From sequence record PQ657772.1: a stretch of 64,000 nucleotides of DNA. One strand, written 5' to 3'. Each line of letters opens with the position of its first letter. Positions within the stretch are counted from its first letter, which is position 1. The notes beneath the pieces are model-generated. The model searched no databases. It was not told the origin of the DNA and saw only the letters and a program-made list of their open reading frames with translations. Both the position numbers and the translations under genes were made by a program. This document shows, in pieces, positions 8,481 through 15,949 of the stretch.

Positions 8481-8557
8481 GATACACTCCCGCACCCTAT
8501 GGGCTACGGCTTATCTGCCAATGAATACATTATGCCAGTACTGACAAAATAAGTCAA
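8481..8557 (-). ncRNA. promoter-driven ORF-less element, copy E (convergent with D)
   Basis: TTGACT-17-CATAAT, then GGCAGATAAGCC-GTAG-CCCATAGGGTGCGGGAGTGTATC. Confidence 0.5.
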
Positions 8558-8587
8558 TACCGGCAATTGTAAAGATTTGTAAACTGC

Positions 8588-8824
8588 TTATACTGCAATC
8601 GCGTCCAGGCTATAATAATAATAAGTGCCGTATTGGTGTACTTTATTACCTTTTATTTCAGTACTGAATGAATCCGAACGGTTTGCATATGATGTTAATT
8701 TAAAGTACTTTGATTTGCTGATACGTTGCCATACACCACAGATCCGCTGTAAGTAAGTAGTTTTATTCGTGGTAGTATCTTTTACGGTTTTAACTTCAGT
8801 CATATACATATTAGTCATTTTCAT
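8588..8824 (-). CDS. early hypothetical protein
   Basis: GGAG RBS; promoter 8871-8898. Confidence 0.8.
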   Translation of the reverse strand: MKMTNMYMTEVKTVKDTTTNKTTYLQRICGVWQRISKSKYFKLTSYANRSDSFSTEIKGNKVHQYGTYYYYSLDAIAV

Positions 8825-8905
8825 TACTCCAGGTTATAGGCGGGAAGAGTTCCCGCTCTCGATGTAAAACATTATACGCCTTTAAACATAGTTTGCAAGT
8901 ACTTT

Positions 8906-9172
8906 TTATTCAAGTACTGCAATCTTTTTAGTACGGTACACGGTCACGCGGTTGCCCTTTCGGTCGAGCTTTATTTCTACCACTCGACGCGATACACTAT
9001 CGGGACTTTTTAAGGCCGCTAACCAGTACTGTAATGATCTGGCGGTACTACGCTTTACAATGGCCCAACGTTCACCACTTGCCGATCCCGCTCCCATATC
9101 TTTAAACGTTGCCCCGTCCTGGCGTGCGGCGATCCGAGCTTGTTCACGCGTCGCAAAATACTTAATATTCAT
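8906..9172 (-). CDS. basic hypothetical protein
   Basis: start moved to MNIKY (AGGG RBS). Confidence 0.75.
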   Translation of the reverse strand: MNIKYFATREQARIAARQDGATFKDMGAGSASGERWAIVKRSTARSLQYWLAALKSPDSVSRRVVEIKLDRKGNRVTVYRTKKIAVLE

Positions 9173-9258
9173 GCTGTTGCCCTTATCGTTGGTGTATGAA
9201 TAAAACACTATTATAAAGTACTATCGCAAAAAAATGATAGTACTTTAAATAAATTCTA

Positions 9259-9498
9259 TTACATTCCAACCATCGCCGCACGGATCGCAGTAGTGCTATA
9301 TTTGAATCCGTCCGGTGTTTTATCTTGTCCAGTCTGTTCTAAAAATAACATCATATGACGGGCCGCATCATTGCGATTAGTGTTGTCGTTAATAAAATCC
9401 AGGGCCAACCGATACAATCCCTCATCGTTATTAATCCACAGGCTTACATTCCAATGAGTTTTGTTTTTGTGACCTAAGAACATTTTTGATTTAGCCAT
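9259..9498 (-). CDS. hypothetical protein with WNVSLWINNDEGLY motif
   Basis: GAGGA RBS; promoter 9552-9579. Confidence 0.85.
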   Translation of the reverse strand: MAKSKMFLGHKNKTHWNVSLWINNDEGLYRLALDFINDNTNRNDAARHMMLFLEQTGQDKTPDGFKYSTTAIRAAMVGM

Positions 9499-9593
9499 TT
9501 TTTTTTAATCCTCTTATATAGTGGGGAACTATTCCCCACCTGATGTAAAACATTATACGCCATTAAACATAGTTTGCAAGTACTTTATTAAAC

Positions 9594-9956
9594 TTATTTG
9601 TAAATTTTGCCACTGTCAGCCCATACCAGGAAACGAGGCATATTATCCCATGCATCTTGTTTTAAGTTTAAGCCGTGCAATTCCTCAGTTGTTGCCATCC
9701 CTGGTACTGGCTTACTACACACCGCGAAATTTTCGCCCATATACTGATAAACCATCGTCAAATCATTTGAGATCATTATATGGATCATTGAATCCAGCAT
9801 CAAAGTAGCGGCGTATTGTTCACGCTTAAGCGGCAACATTGCAATAAGTTCCCGATAAGCTGCAATGTGAATTTTTACAGTTTCAGCCGGAAGACCTTTC
9901 ATCTCATCGCGGAAGTTTACCAGGTTAAGCATGATTTTATTGATTTGAGTCGCCAT
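9594..9956 (-). CDS. early hypothetical protein
   Basis: start moved to MATQI (GAGAG RBS); promoter 10012-10039. Confidence 0.8.
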   Translation of the reverse strand: MATQINKIMLNLVNFRDEMKGLPAETVKIHIAAYRELIAMLPLKREQYAATLMLDSMIHIMISNDLTMVYQYMGENFAVCSKPVPGMATTEELHGLNLKQDAWDNMPRFLVWADSGKIYK

Positions 9957-10070
9957 CGTTTTAATCTCTCTTAATGTGTAGCGGGAAGTGTTCCCGCTCT
10001 CGATGTAAAACATTATACGCTTTTATCAGTACGGTGCAAGTACTTTCTACAAATACTTTTAAAATAGTTT

Positions 10071-10167
10071 TCTTTCTATATAGGAGTACTATTATTCAGT
10101 ACTGAATCAATCCAGGGGAACTATCTTTCTATATAGGAGTACTATTATTCAGTACTGAATCAATCCA
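10071..10167. repeat. perfect 44-bp direct repeat
   Basis: 10071-10114 = 10124-10167, 9-bp spacer; two AGTACT per unit. Confidence 0.95.
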
Positions 10168-10184
10168 CTAAATCATCCCTATAC

Positions 10185-10292
10185 CCCGTAAAACGGCCTC
10201 AGACGCATTCTAACGCATTAATACACATAAGCTATACATTTGCACCATTCCAATCATTCCAGGGCTTTACAGGCCGTTTAAACGCGTTAAAT
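10185..10292. repeat. dispersed ACGCATTCTAACG-core repeat with imperfect inverted ends
   Basis: AACGGCCT...AGGCCGTT ends; core shared with 428-440 and 5047-5061. Confidence 0.6.
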
Positions 10293-10319
10293 TATTTTCA
10301 ATTATTTTGTTTTTAGGTA

Positions 10320-10400
10320 TTGACTTGATCCTGAAAAAGCGTATAATTACTACATAGACGCGAGAAAGCGGATACCCCAGGGGGTGGGAAGATCCGTCCA
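10320..10400 (+). ncRNA. promoter-driven ORF-less element, copy F
   Basis: TTGACT-16-TATAAT; GCGAGAAAGC hairpin; CCCCAGGGGGTGG; GATCCGTC shared with copy C. Confidence 0.45.
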
Positions 10401-10421
10401 AAATTCAAGATATAAAAAAAG

Positions 10422-10501
10422 GATACACTCCCGCACCCTAGCAGGTAAACGCACTTTCTCAGTACTGAAATATAGTACCATAGTCCGGCCCAGGATAGCA
10501 A
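10422..10501 (-). ncRNA. promoter-driven ORF-less element, copy G (convergent with F)
   Basis: TTGCTA-18-TACTAT; GTACTGAGAAAGTGC hairpin; AGGGTGCGGGAGTGTATC shared with copy E. Confidence 0.4.
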
Positions 10502-10535
10502 GCAAATTAATTAAAACTTTTTTGCTTCCAGGGTA

Positions 10536-10612
10536 TTGCTTTATTTTTTCAGTACTGTATAATAGTTCCATCAAGTCGAGAAAGACTCAAGCCCACCGGG
10601 TGCATAGTTACG
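10536..10612 (+). ncRNA. promoter-driven ORF-less element, copy H
   Basis: TTGCTT-16-TATAAT; CATCAAGTCGAGAAAGACTCAAGCCCACCGGGTGC. Confidence 0.55.
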
Positions 10613-10786
10613 CCCAAAATTCAGTACTGAAAAAATTTTTAAAAATATCCGGCCAGGCCGTTGACATTGCCCCCAGTTTATAAGATAATGATTCCAGATT
10701 CAGAAAAATCTAACACCAGATACTGCGGGGAAACTATCCCCACGCGGTAGGGGAACTATTGGAAAAAACAAAATAAAATTTTGATT

Positions 10787-10898
10787 TAGCCGTCTATACT
10801 TCCAGACGTGTAACCATCTAGCCGTTTAGCCGTCCAAACGTCTAGCCATCCAGCCATCCAGAAATCTAGCCGTTTAGCCGTTTAGATGGATAGCCATC
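10787..10898. repeat. degenerate 8-bp-period tandem array (YAGCCRTY)
   Basis: units at 10787, 10811, 10819, 10827, 10843, 10851, 10867, 10875, 10891, all in 8-bp register. Confidence 0.85.
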
Positions 10899-11300
10899 TT
10901 TACTTCCAGACTTCTGGAGGGCTAGACATATCTACGCCCAAAATCCATCCAGGGTAACTACACCCAAAATCCGTCAGTACTATACCATAGATCTATCTTT
11001 TGAAAGGGAGTATTCAGTACTGCCATCATAGCCCTCACTATGTTACCCTAGGAGGATGAAGACCATCATGTAGTACTGAATACTGTTAGAGGGAATCCAC
11101 CAGCTTGTGCTGGTGGCATAATGCTTTAGATTAAAATCAGTACTGACACCATTCTGTTAATATCAGTACTGTTATTACGATTTTCATATGAGGTTCAAAA
11201 AGATGTACCACCACAGGAGGAACTATCTTTTCTGTACTGTCTCACGACAGGAGGTAGAGTAAATGAATTGTTCGCAGCAACTCATCACCCTATGTAGAAC

Positions 11301-11328
11301 ATTATACAGTACTGAATCATAAAGTCAA
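11301..11328 (-). promoter_or_regulatory. sigma70 promoter firing into ORF-free DNA
   Basis: TTGACT-16-TATAAT with CAGTACTG abutting the -10 box. Confidence 0.7.
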
Positions 11329-11801
11329 TAACTTTCTTTCATCTTTCAGTACTGATATTCTTGAGAACTACCCGACTACAAACATCATTATATCCCACAA
11401 ATCATAAACGTCCCAACGTAAATTTCAACTTTCGAAGATCCAACTTTTATTTCATAGGTACTCCAAAATTTTTAGGATCGAGATTTAGGATGGAGTACTA
11501 ACCAACTTTTTGCTGGAGCCTCAAGGGGTAATGGAATTTTACCCCGAAGGGTAAAGGGGTAATTGAAATTAAGGTGAAAGTAATAATTCAGTACTAATCA
11601 TTGCGTGATTACTTTTGATTACATTTGATGTAATTTGCAAAATGGAAAAGGAGCTTGGAAACTACAAAGTACGGCAGACTTCCTCTGCCTACTTAGTGGG
11701 ATATCGCCACCTTCAGTACTGAATACTTTTAGGGCAGTACTGCTACGTTCTTGATTAAACGTGCACATTCCTGTACTCTATTACACTCTGGTACTCAATA
11801 C

Positions 11802-11872
11802 TGATCACTACAATGATTATAAATGATTACTTAAATGTTTATATATGATTACTTATGACTACATATGATTAC
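11802..11872. repeat. helically phased TGATTAC repeats
   Basis: exact or variant copies at 11802, 11814, 11824, 11846, 11856, 11866; also 11606 and 11616. Confidence 0.75.
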
Positions 11873-11995
11873 GGGGTTTAGCCTGGGGAGAATCCTAGTG
11901 ATCGCATTTGTCCAGGCTGAATTTTAACAATTCTTCTAATTGTTAAAGCCTGTCCAATGCTTTCCCTGCGGAGCTTCCCCTGTCTATATGTTGAA

Positions 11996-12202
11996 TTACT
12001 TCCTATATATAAGCATTAACATATAGTAGTACTGATTATGCTGTACATTCTCTTTAATATTATAAGGGTCTATAGCAATCTCGGTACATCTGTTAAATGC
12101 ATATCTATTAAATGCCAGTACTATTATAGATCTAATCCATGCTTGGTCAGTCGGTGGTAGTTTACTTATATAGTACTCTTTATAGTTTTTTATGTTCTGC
12201 AT
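11996..12202 (-). CDS. ~60-aa tandem paralog (KE[YF]Y...LxLI family) 1/21
   Basis: family N- and C-terminal motifs. Confidence 0.8.
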   Translation of the reverse strand: MQNIKNYKEYYISKLPPTDQAWIRSIIVLAFNRYAFNRCTEIAIDPYNIKENVQHNQYYYMLMLIYRK

Positions 12203-12213
12203 AGTATACCTTA

Positions 12214-12405
12214 TTATTTCAAAGTACCATATAGTACTCTTAATAGGAAGTAGTACGTATTAGAGATATCATTACTAGTTAAAACAATCTTTGTACACAT
12301 ATTAAATTCGTATTGAGTCATTGCCAGGGGGATTAAATTGTTAACCCATGCTTGTTCGTTTTCTTTTAGTTTACTTATATAGAAATCTTTATGTTCTTTA
12401 TTCAT
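12214..12405 (-). CDS. ~60-aa tandem paralog 2/21
   Basis: family motifs; close to copy 1. Confidence 0.8.
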   Translation of the reverse strand: MNKEHKDFYISKLKENEQAWVNNLIPLAMTQYEFNMCTKIVLTSNDISNTYYFLLRVLYGTLK

Positions 12406-12607
12406 ATAGGAATAGTATACCTATGATGCCGGAGTACATATTAGTACTGTTATTATTGTCGTTTGCGTTTAAAGTCATTTGAATACAATTATTGTAGCAT
12501 ACTCTGCCGAAATAAGTATCAGTACTTAAAGGTGCTGTAGTCCTTAGAAACATTTGTTCTGTGGGGCTGAGGTGTTTGGAATAGAATTCTTTATGTTCTT
12601 TATTCAT
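12398..12607 (-). CDS. ~60-aa tandem paralog 3/21
   Basis: family motifs; close to copy 6. Confidence 0.8.
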   Translation of the reverse strand: MNKEHKEFYSKHLSPTEQMFLRTTAPLSTDTYFGRVCYNNCIQMTLNANDNNNSTNMYSGIIGILFLYE

Positions 12608-12612
12608 ATTAG

Positions 12613-12798
12613 TTAGTGTCTGTATATAAGTAATAGTAAGAATACGTACTGCACCTGTTCATCTTTAGTATTGAGTACTGTACGTATTGCGTCATGGAAC
12701 AAGAATATAGTACTTGGGTCATTAGAATTTAAGGGGTTTACGGGGACGGCGTGTTTGTAGTTCCCTTTAACAAATTGTATATAGTATTCTCTATGCAT
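12613..12798 (-). CDS. ~60-aa tandem paralog 4/21
   Basis: family motifs. Confidence 0.8.
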   Translation of the reverse strand: MHREYYIQFVKGNYKHAVPVNPLNSNDPSTIFLFHDAIRTVLNTKDEQVQYVFLLLLIYRH

Positions 12799-12799
12799 A

Positions 12800-12988
12800 T
12801 CAGTACCTATATATTAGGGCGAGAATGTAGTACAGTTTATATGTATTATAATCTGGGTTGATAGCACATAGTGTGTGGTAGTGGAATTGTTTGGTATTTT
12901 TCTTATCCTTGATATCTATTGGGTTTAGTGGTATAAGCATTTGGGAGTTTAGTTCCAGATGGTTTAAGTAGAATTCTTTGTTATTCAT
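12800..12988 (-). CDS. ~60-aa tandem paralog 5/21
   Basis: family motifs. Confidence 0.8.
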   Translation of the reverse strand: MNNKEFYLNHLELNSQMLIPLNPIDIKDKKNTKQFHYHTLCAINPDYNTYKLYYILALIYRY

Positions 12989-13187
12989 AGAAGAATATTA
13001 GTCCCATTACGCCTGAGTACTGAATATTTTTGTTATTGTTTTCTAAAGCTTCTAGAGTAATACGTATACAATTATTAAAGCAATCTCTGGCGTGTGGTGA
13101 ATCTAAACGTAAAGGTGATACACTCCTTAGAAACATTTGTTCTGATGCACTGAGGTGTTTGGTGTAAAATTCTTTCTGTTCGTTCAT
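12981..13187 (-). CDS. ~60-aa tandem paralog 6/21
   Basis: family motifs. Confidence 0.8.
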   Translation of the reverse strand: MNEQKEFYTKHLSASEQMFLRSVSPLRLDSPHARDCFNNCIRITLEALENNNKNIQYSGVMGLIFFYE

Positions 13188-13197
13188 ATTGGCCTCT

Positions 13198-13386
13198 TTA
13201 GTACACGAAAGCTAGGTACAGTGTATGATACAGTACTCGATGATAGCTATCAAAATCTAGTATACATGCTTTAGTGCACATAGTAAAGTACACTTTATCG
13301 TTTTGAGCATTGATACCGCGAGGTTTATCTAATAGATTAGTACTGAGGTACATTGGGAAATATTTTGTGTAGTATTCTTTATGCAT
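13198..13386 (-). CDS. ~60-aa tandem paralog 7/21
   Basis: start moved to MHKEYY. Confidence 0.8.
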   Translation of the reverse strand: MHKEYYTKYFPMYLSTNLLDKPRGINAQNDKVYFTMCTKACILDFDSYHRVLYHTLYLAFVY

Positions 13387-13387
13387 A

Positions 13388-13576
13388 TTAGTACCTGAAT
13401 ATAAGTAGGATAGTGTTATATAATTGGTCATAGCTACTACTATTTTCTATACTGCGTTCTATGCAATTATTGAATCCCAGTACTGCCAAATCGTTATCCA
13501 GGGGGACTTTATATCTGGCGTAGTGTTCAAATATACTGGGGAGAAATTGTGTGTAGTATTCTTTGTGGTTGTTCAT
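13388..13576 (-). CDS. ~60-aa tandem paralog 8/21
   Basis: family motifs. Confidence 0.8.
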   Translation of the reverse strand: MNNHKEYYTQFLPSIFEHYARYKVPLDNDLAVLGFNNCIERSIENSSSYDQLYNTILLIFRY

Positions 13577-13577
13577 A

Positions 13578-13769
13578 TTAGTACTTATATATTAGTAAAA
13601 GGATGTGATACAGTACTCGATTATAGTCTTCAATATATATCGAGGATTTAGTGCACTTAATGAAATAGTCTTTTTCGTAGTCTTTTTCTATACTCAATTG
13701 TTTTGTTGGTACAAGGTGTTGGAGATACATTGGGAGTTTCTCTATGTAGTATTCTTTGTGGTTATTCAT
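13578..13769 (-). CDS. ~60-aa tandem paralog 9/21
   Basis: family motifs; close to copy 7. Confidence 0.8.
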   Translation of the reverse strand: MNNHKEYYIEKLPMYLQHLVPTKQLSIEKDYEKDYFIKCTKSSIYIEDYNRVLYHILLLIYKY

Positions 13770-13777
13770 ATTATGTG

Positions 13778-13957
13778 TTATTTCGTGAAAACAAGGGTTA
13801 GTACTGCATAGTACAAGTCATACGTATCTTTAGGGTTAATAGCACCTTTAATACATTCTTTCATTACTTCATTATAGATAATTTTAGTACTGAATGTATT
13901 GGATGTTACTATATCGGAATTAAGATACGAGAGGTAGAATTCTTTATAAGTATTCAT
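13778..13957 (-). CDS. ~60-aa tandem paralog 10/21
   Basis: hand-translated MNTYKEFYLSYL...YYAVLTLVFTK (59 aa, missing from ORF track). Confidence 0.8.
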   Translation of the reverse strand: MNTYKEFYLSYLNSDIVTSNTFSTKIIYNEVMKECIKGAINPKDTYDLYYAVLTLVFTK

Positions 13958-13958
13958 A

Positions 13959-14141
13959 TTAGTACCTGAATGTTAGCATTACTACGTAGTACAGCATATA
14001 TGGATTATCATCGTATATGAGCGTGTACTTAGTACATTGTTGGAACATTATCTTTGCGTGATCTTTGATACCCAATGCAACGTTTGGTATATGGTGTTGT
14101 AGATGCATTGGGATTTTATCTTTGTAGTATTCTTTATACAT
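13959..14141 (-). CDS. ~60-aa tandem paralog 11/21
   Basis: start moved to MYKEYY. Confidence 0.8.
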   Translation of the reverse strand: MYKEYYKDKIPMHLQHHIPNVALGIKDHAKIMFQQCTKYTLIYDDNPYMLYYVVMLTFRY

Positions 14142-14793
14142 AGTTTGAAATATACGTAATGAGGTGATGAAATTTCTTATCAGTACTGATAAGTTCCTGT
14201 ACATGTTTTGTTAGTTTGTACGCGTTTTTATAGAGTCCTGGATTATCGATTACAGTACTGTACATGAATTCTTCTTCCTCGGATAATTCTTTGTGTTCTA
14301 GTTCTTTGAGGAATTGCAGTACTGTATCAGTTTCGTTAGTACGTTGCTTTTGGAAGAAGTGCATGTTATCGTGTATTTTTTCTGAACCCATGCAGTACAT
14401 ATCGCCGATTTGGAATTGTGCAGTACTGATATCATGGGTGCTATTACAATTCCCGAAGAAGTATACATTCCCGAAAGATAGAATTATAGTGCACGGGATA
14501 TTATCCATGTGTATATAGATAGATGCATTCTTTAGTGCTTTTGTGCTGGTATTAGTACTCAATACTTTTAAATCAGTATTATAGATATTAATAAAAGCAA
14601 GAGCTATATTATTTTTCTTCAAGTACGATTTGAGGTTCTTAGATACGAGAACATTTCTGGATTTTTTCTTTTTATTTCGTTTCTTTAGTACATTTGGGTC
14701 GTAAGTATATACTGGTGTAAAAGATTCTGCTTGAATACTGTTGAGGTACTTAAAGTGCTTATGGTATTGTTTGCTGTGTGCATTAAGTTTCAT
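14134..14793 (-). CDS. hypothetical protein, dispersed EExF(Q/M)xS(L/I/T)(I/V) family
   Basis: basic N-terminus; LSEEEEFMYSTVID motif shared with 31638, 46573, 52544. Confidence 0.8.
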   Translation of the reverse strand: MKLNAHSKQYHKHFKYLNSIQAESFTPVYTYDPNVLKKRNKKKKSRNVLVSKNLKSYLKKNNIALAFINIYNTDLKVLSTNTSTKALKNASIYIHMDNIPCTIILSFGNVYFFGNCNSTHDISTAQFQIGDMYCMGSEKIHDNMHFFQKQRTNETDTVLQFLKELEHKELSEEEEFMYSTVIDNPGLYKNAYKLTKHVQELISTDKKFHHLITYISNYV

Positions 14794-14804
14794 TTGGTTT
14801 TCCT

Positions 14805-14984
14805 TTATACAGATGCGAGTGCGAGGATTTCCCTGAAGGGATTATCTTTTGTTAGTGCGTGATGAATGCAGCTATTGAGATTAATATTTTTAGTACTGTT
14901 AGTTGCCAGGTTGTAGTACTTCACGAAGGTGTCGTACATGAAACGGTCTTTAATGCTTATGTGTTCTATATAGTATTCTTGCAT
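14805..14984 (-). CDS. ~60-aa tandem paralog 12/21
   Basis: hand-translated MQEYYIEHI...FREILALASV (59 aa). Confidence 0.8.
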   Translation of the reverse strand: MQEYYIEHISIKDRFMYDTFVKYYNLATNSTKNINLNSCIHHALTKDNPFREILALASV

Positions 14985-14992
14985 ATTATTCC

Positions 14993-15181
14993 TTACATAG
15001 AGATGAGTTTCAGTACATCAATATACATATAACGTTCAGATGACAGTACACGGGTAGTGATAATCTCAATCGATATATTTTTAATTCCATGTGCAGATGA
15101 TTGATGGTGCTGAATAAATGAGTTGTGCATACTTTGTTCTATGTGGTTTAGTTTATTGAAGTAGTACTCAAAAGTGTTCAT
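14993..15181 (-). CDS. ~60-aa tandem paralog 13/21
   Basis: family motifs; close to copy 15. Confidence 0.8.
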   Translation of the reverse strand: MNTFEYYFNKLNHIEQSMHNSFIQHHQSSAHGIKNISIEIITTRVLSSERYMYIDVLKLISM

Positions 15182-15188
15182 GTCTACC

Positions 15189-15368
15189 TTAGATTAAGAT
15201 TAGTTTAAGTACTTCTCTGTACGTGTACTTTTCGTTTTGTGCTTCTACTGTACATGATAGTAGGTATCGTTTTTTATCTCTTTTGTTCCCGACTGTGTAG
15301 TACCTTTGGAATTTATTATAGTTGTATCTATCTTTGTGCTGGAGGTTATAGATATAGAATTCTTGCAT
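15189..15368 (-). CDS. ~60-aa tandem paralog 14/21
   Basis: hand-translated MQEFYIYNL...YTYREVLKLILI (59 aa). Confidence 0.8.
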   Translation of the reverse strand: MQEFYIYNLQHKDRYNYNKFQRYYTVGNKRDKKRYLLSCTVEAQNEKYTYREVLKLILI

Positions 15369-15376
15369 AGAGTACC

Positions 15377-15562
15377 TTATATTGCTATCAGTTTGAGTAC
15401 TTCAATATATGTGCGGTACTCTGCTTTAATTAAATTTGTACACACTGTAAGGGAATTTCTTTGTATAAGTTTATTGCCGCTTTTATACGCATTTCTCCAC
15501 ACATAGAGATGAGATCTTTCAGGCATAGATAGTTTATTTGTATAGTACTCAAATGTATTCAT
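15377..15562 (-). CDS. ~60-aa tandem paralog 15/21
   Basis: family motifs. Confidence 0.8.
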   Translation of the reverse strand: MNTFEYYTNKLSMPERSHLYVWRNAYKSGNKLIQRNSLTVCTNLIKAEYRTYIEVLKLIAI

Positions 15563-15570
15563 ATATTACC

Positions 15571-15753
15571 TCAAATAGAGATTAGTTTAAGTACTTCTCT
15601 GTATGTGTACTTTTCGTTTTGTGCATCTCTTGTGCTTGTATATAGGTATCCTCGACGATATTTGTTGCTCCCGTTCTTGTAGTTGAATTCGAACTTATTG
15701 TAGATGAATCTATCGCCAGGCTGTAATTTACTTAAGTACAATTCAATGCTCAT
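15571..15753 (-). CDS. ~60-aa tandem paralog 16/21
   Basis: start moved to MSIELY; close to copy 14. Confidence 0.8.
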   Translation of the reverse strand: MSIELYLSKLQPGDRFIYNKFEFNYKNGSNKYRRGYLYTSTRDAQNEKYTYREVLKLISI

Positions 15754-15763
15754 AGTATTCTCT

Positions 15764-15949
15764 TTACATATCAATAAGTTTCAGTACTGCTCTGTACGTG
15801 TACTTAGTTGTTAGTGCTTCTTTTATAGCAATACAGAAGTAATGTTGTTTGTCTCTTATACTACCGCGTTTGTAGTACCATACATTGGAGTTGTGGGTGT
15901 ACTTGTCCCTGTCGGATAGATTTAGGTAATAGTATAATATATGATTCAT
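15764..15949 (-). CDS. ~60-aa tandem paralog 17/21
   Basis: family motifs. Confidence 0.8.
   Translation of the reverse strand: MNHILYYYLNLSDRDKYTHNSNVWYYKRGSIRDKQHYFCIAIKEALTTKYTYRAVLKLIDM

Noticed and set aside
10452-10470. Sarcin-ricin loop mimic (AGUACuGAGA)
   Set aside because: The match is short and explained by the ubiquitous AGTACT plus the GAGAA leader loop.
11050-11075. AGGAGG-ATG micro-ORF MKTIM
   Set aside because: Five codons, no linked promoter; cannot be supported.
10071-11875. CRISPR array
   Set aside because: Repeats are 7-8 bp or one 44-bp pair; there are no 23-47-bp repeats with unique constant-length spacers and no cas genes.
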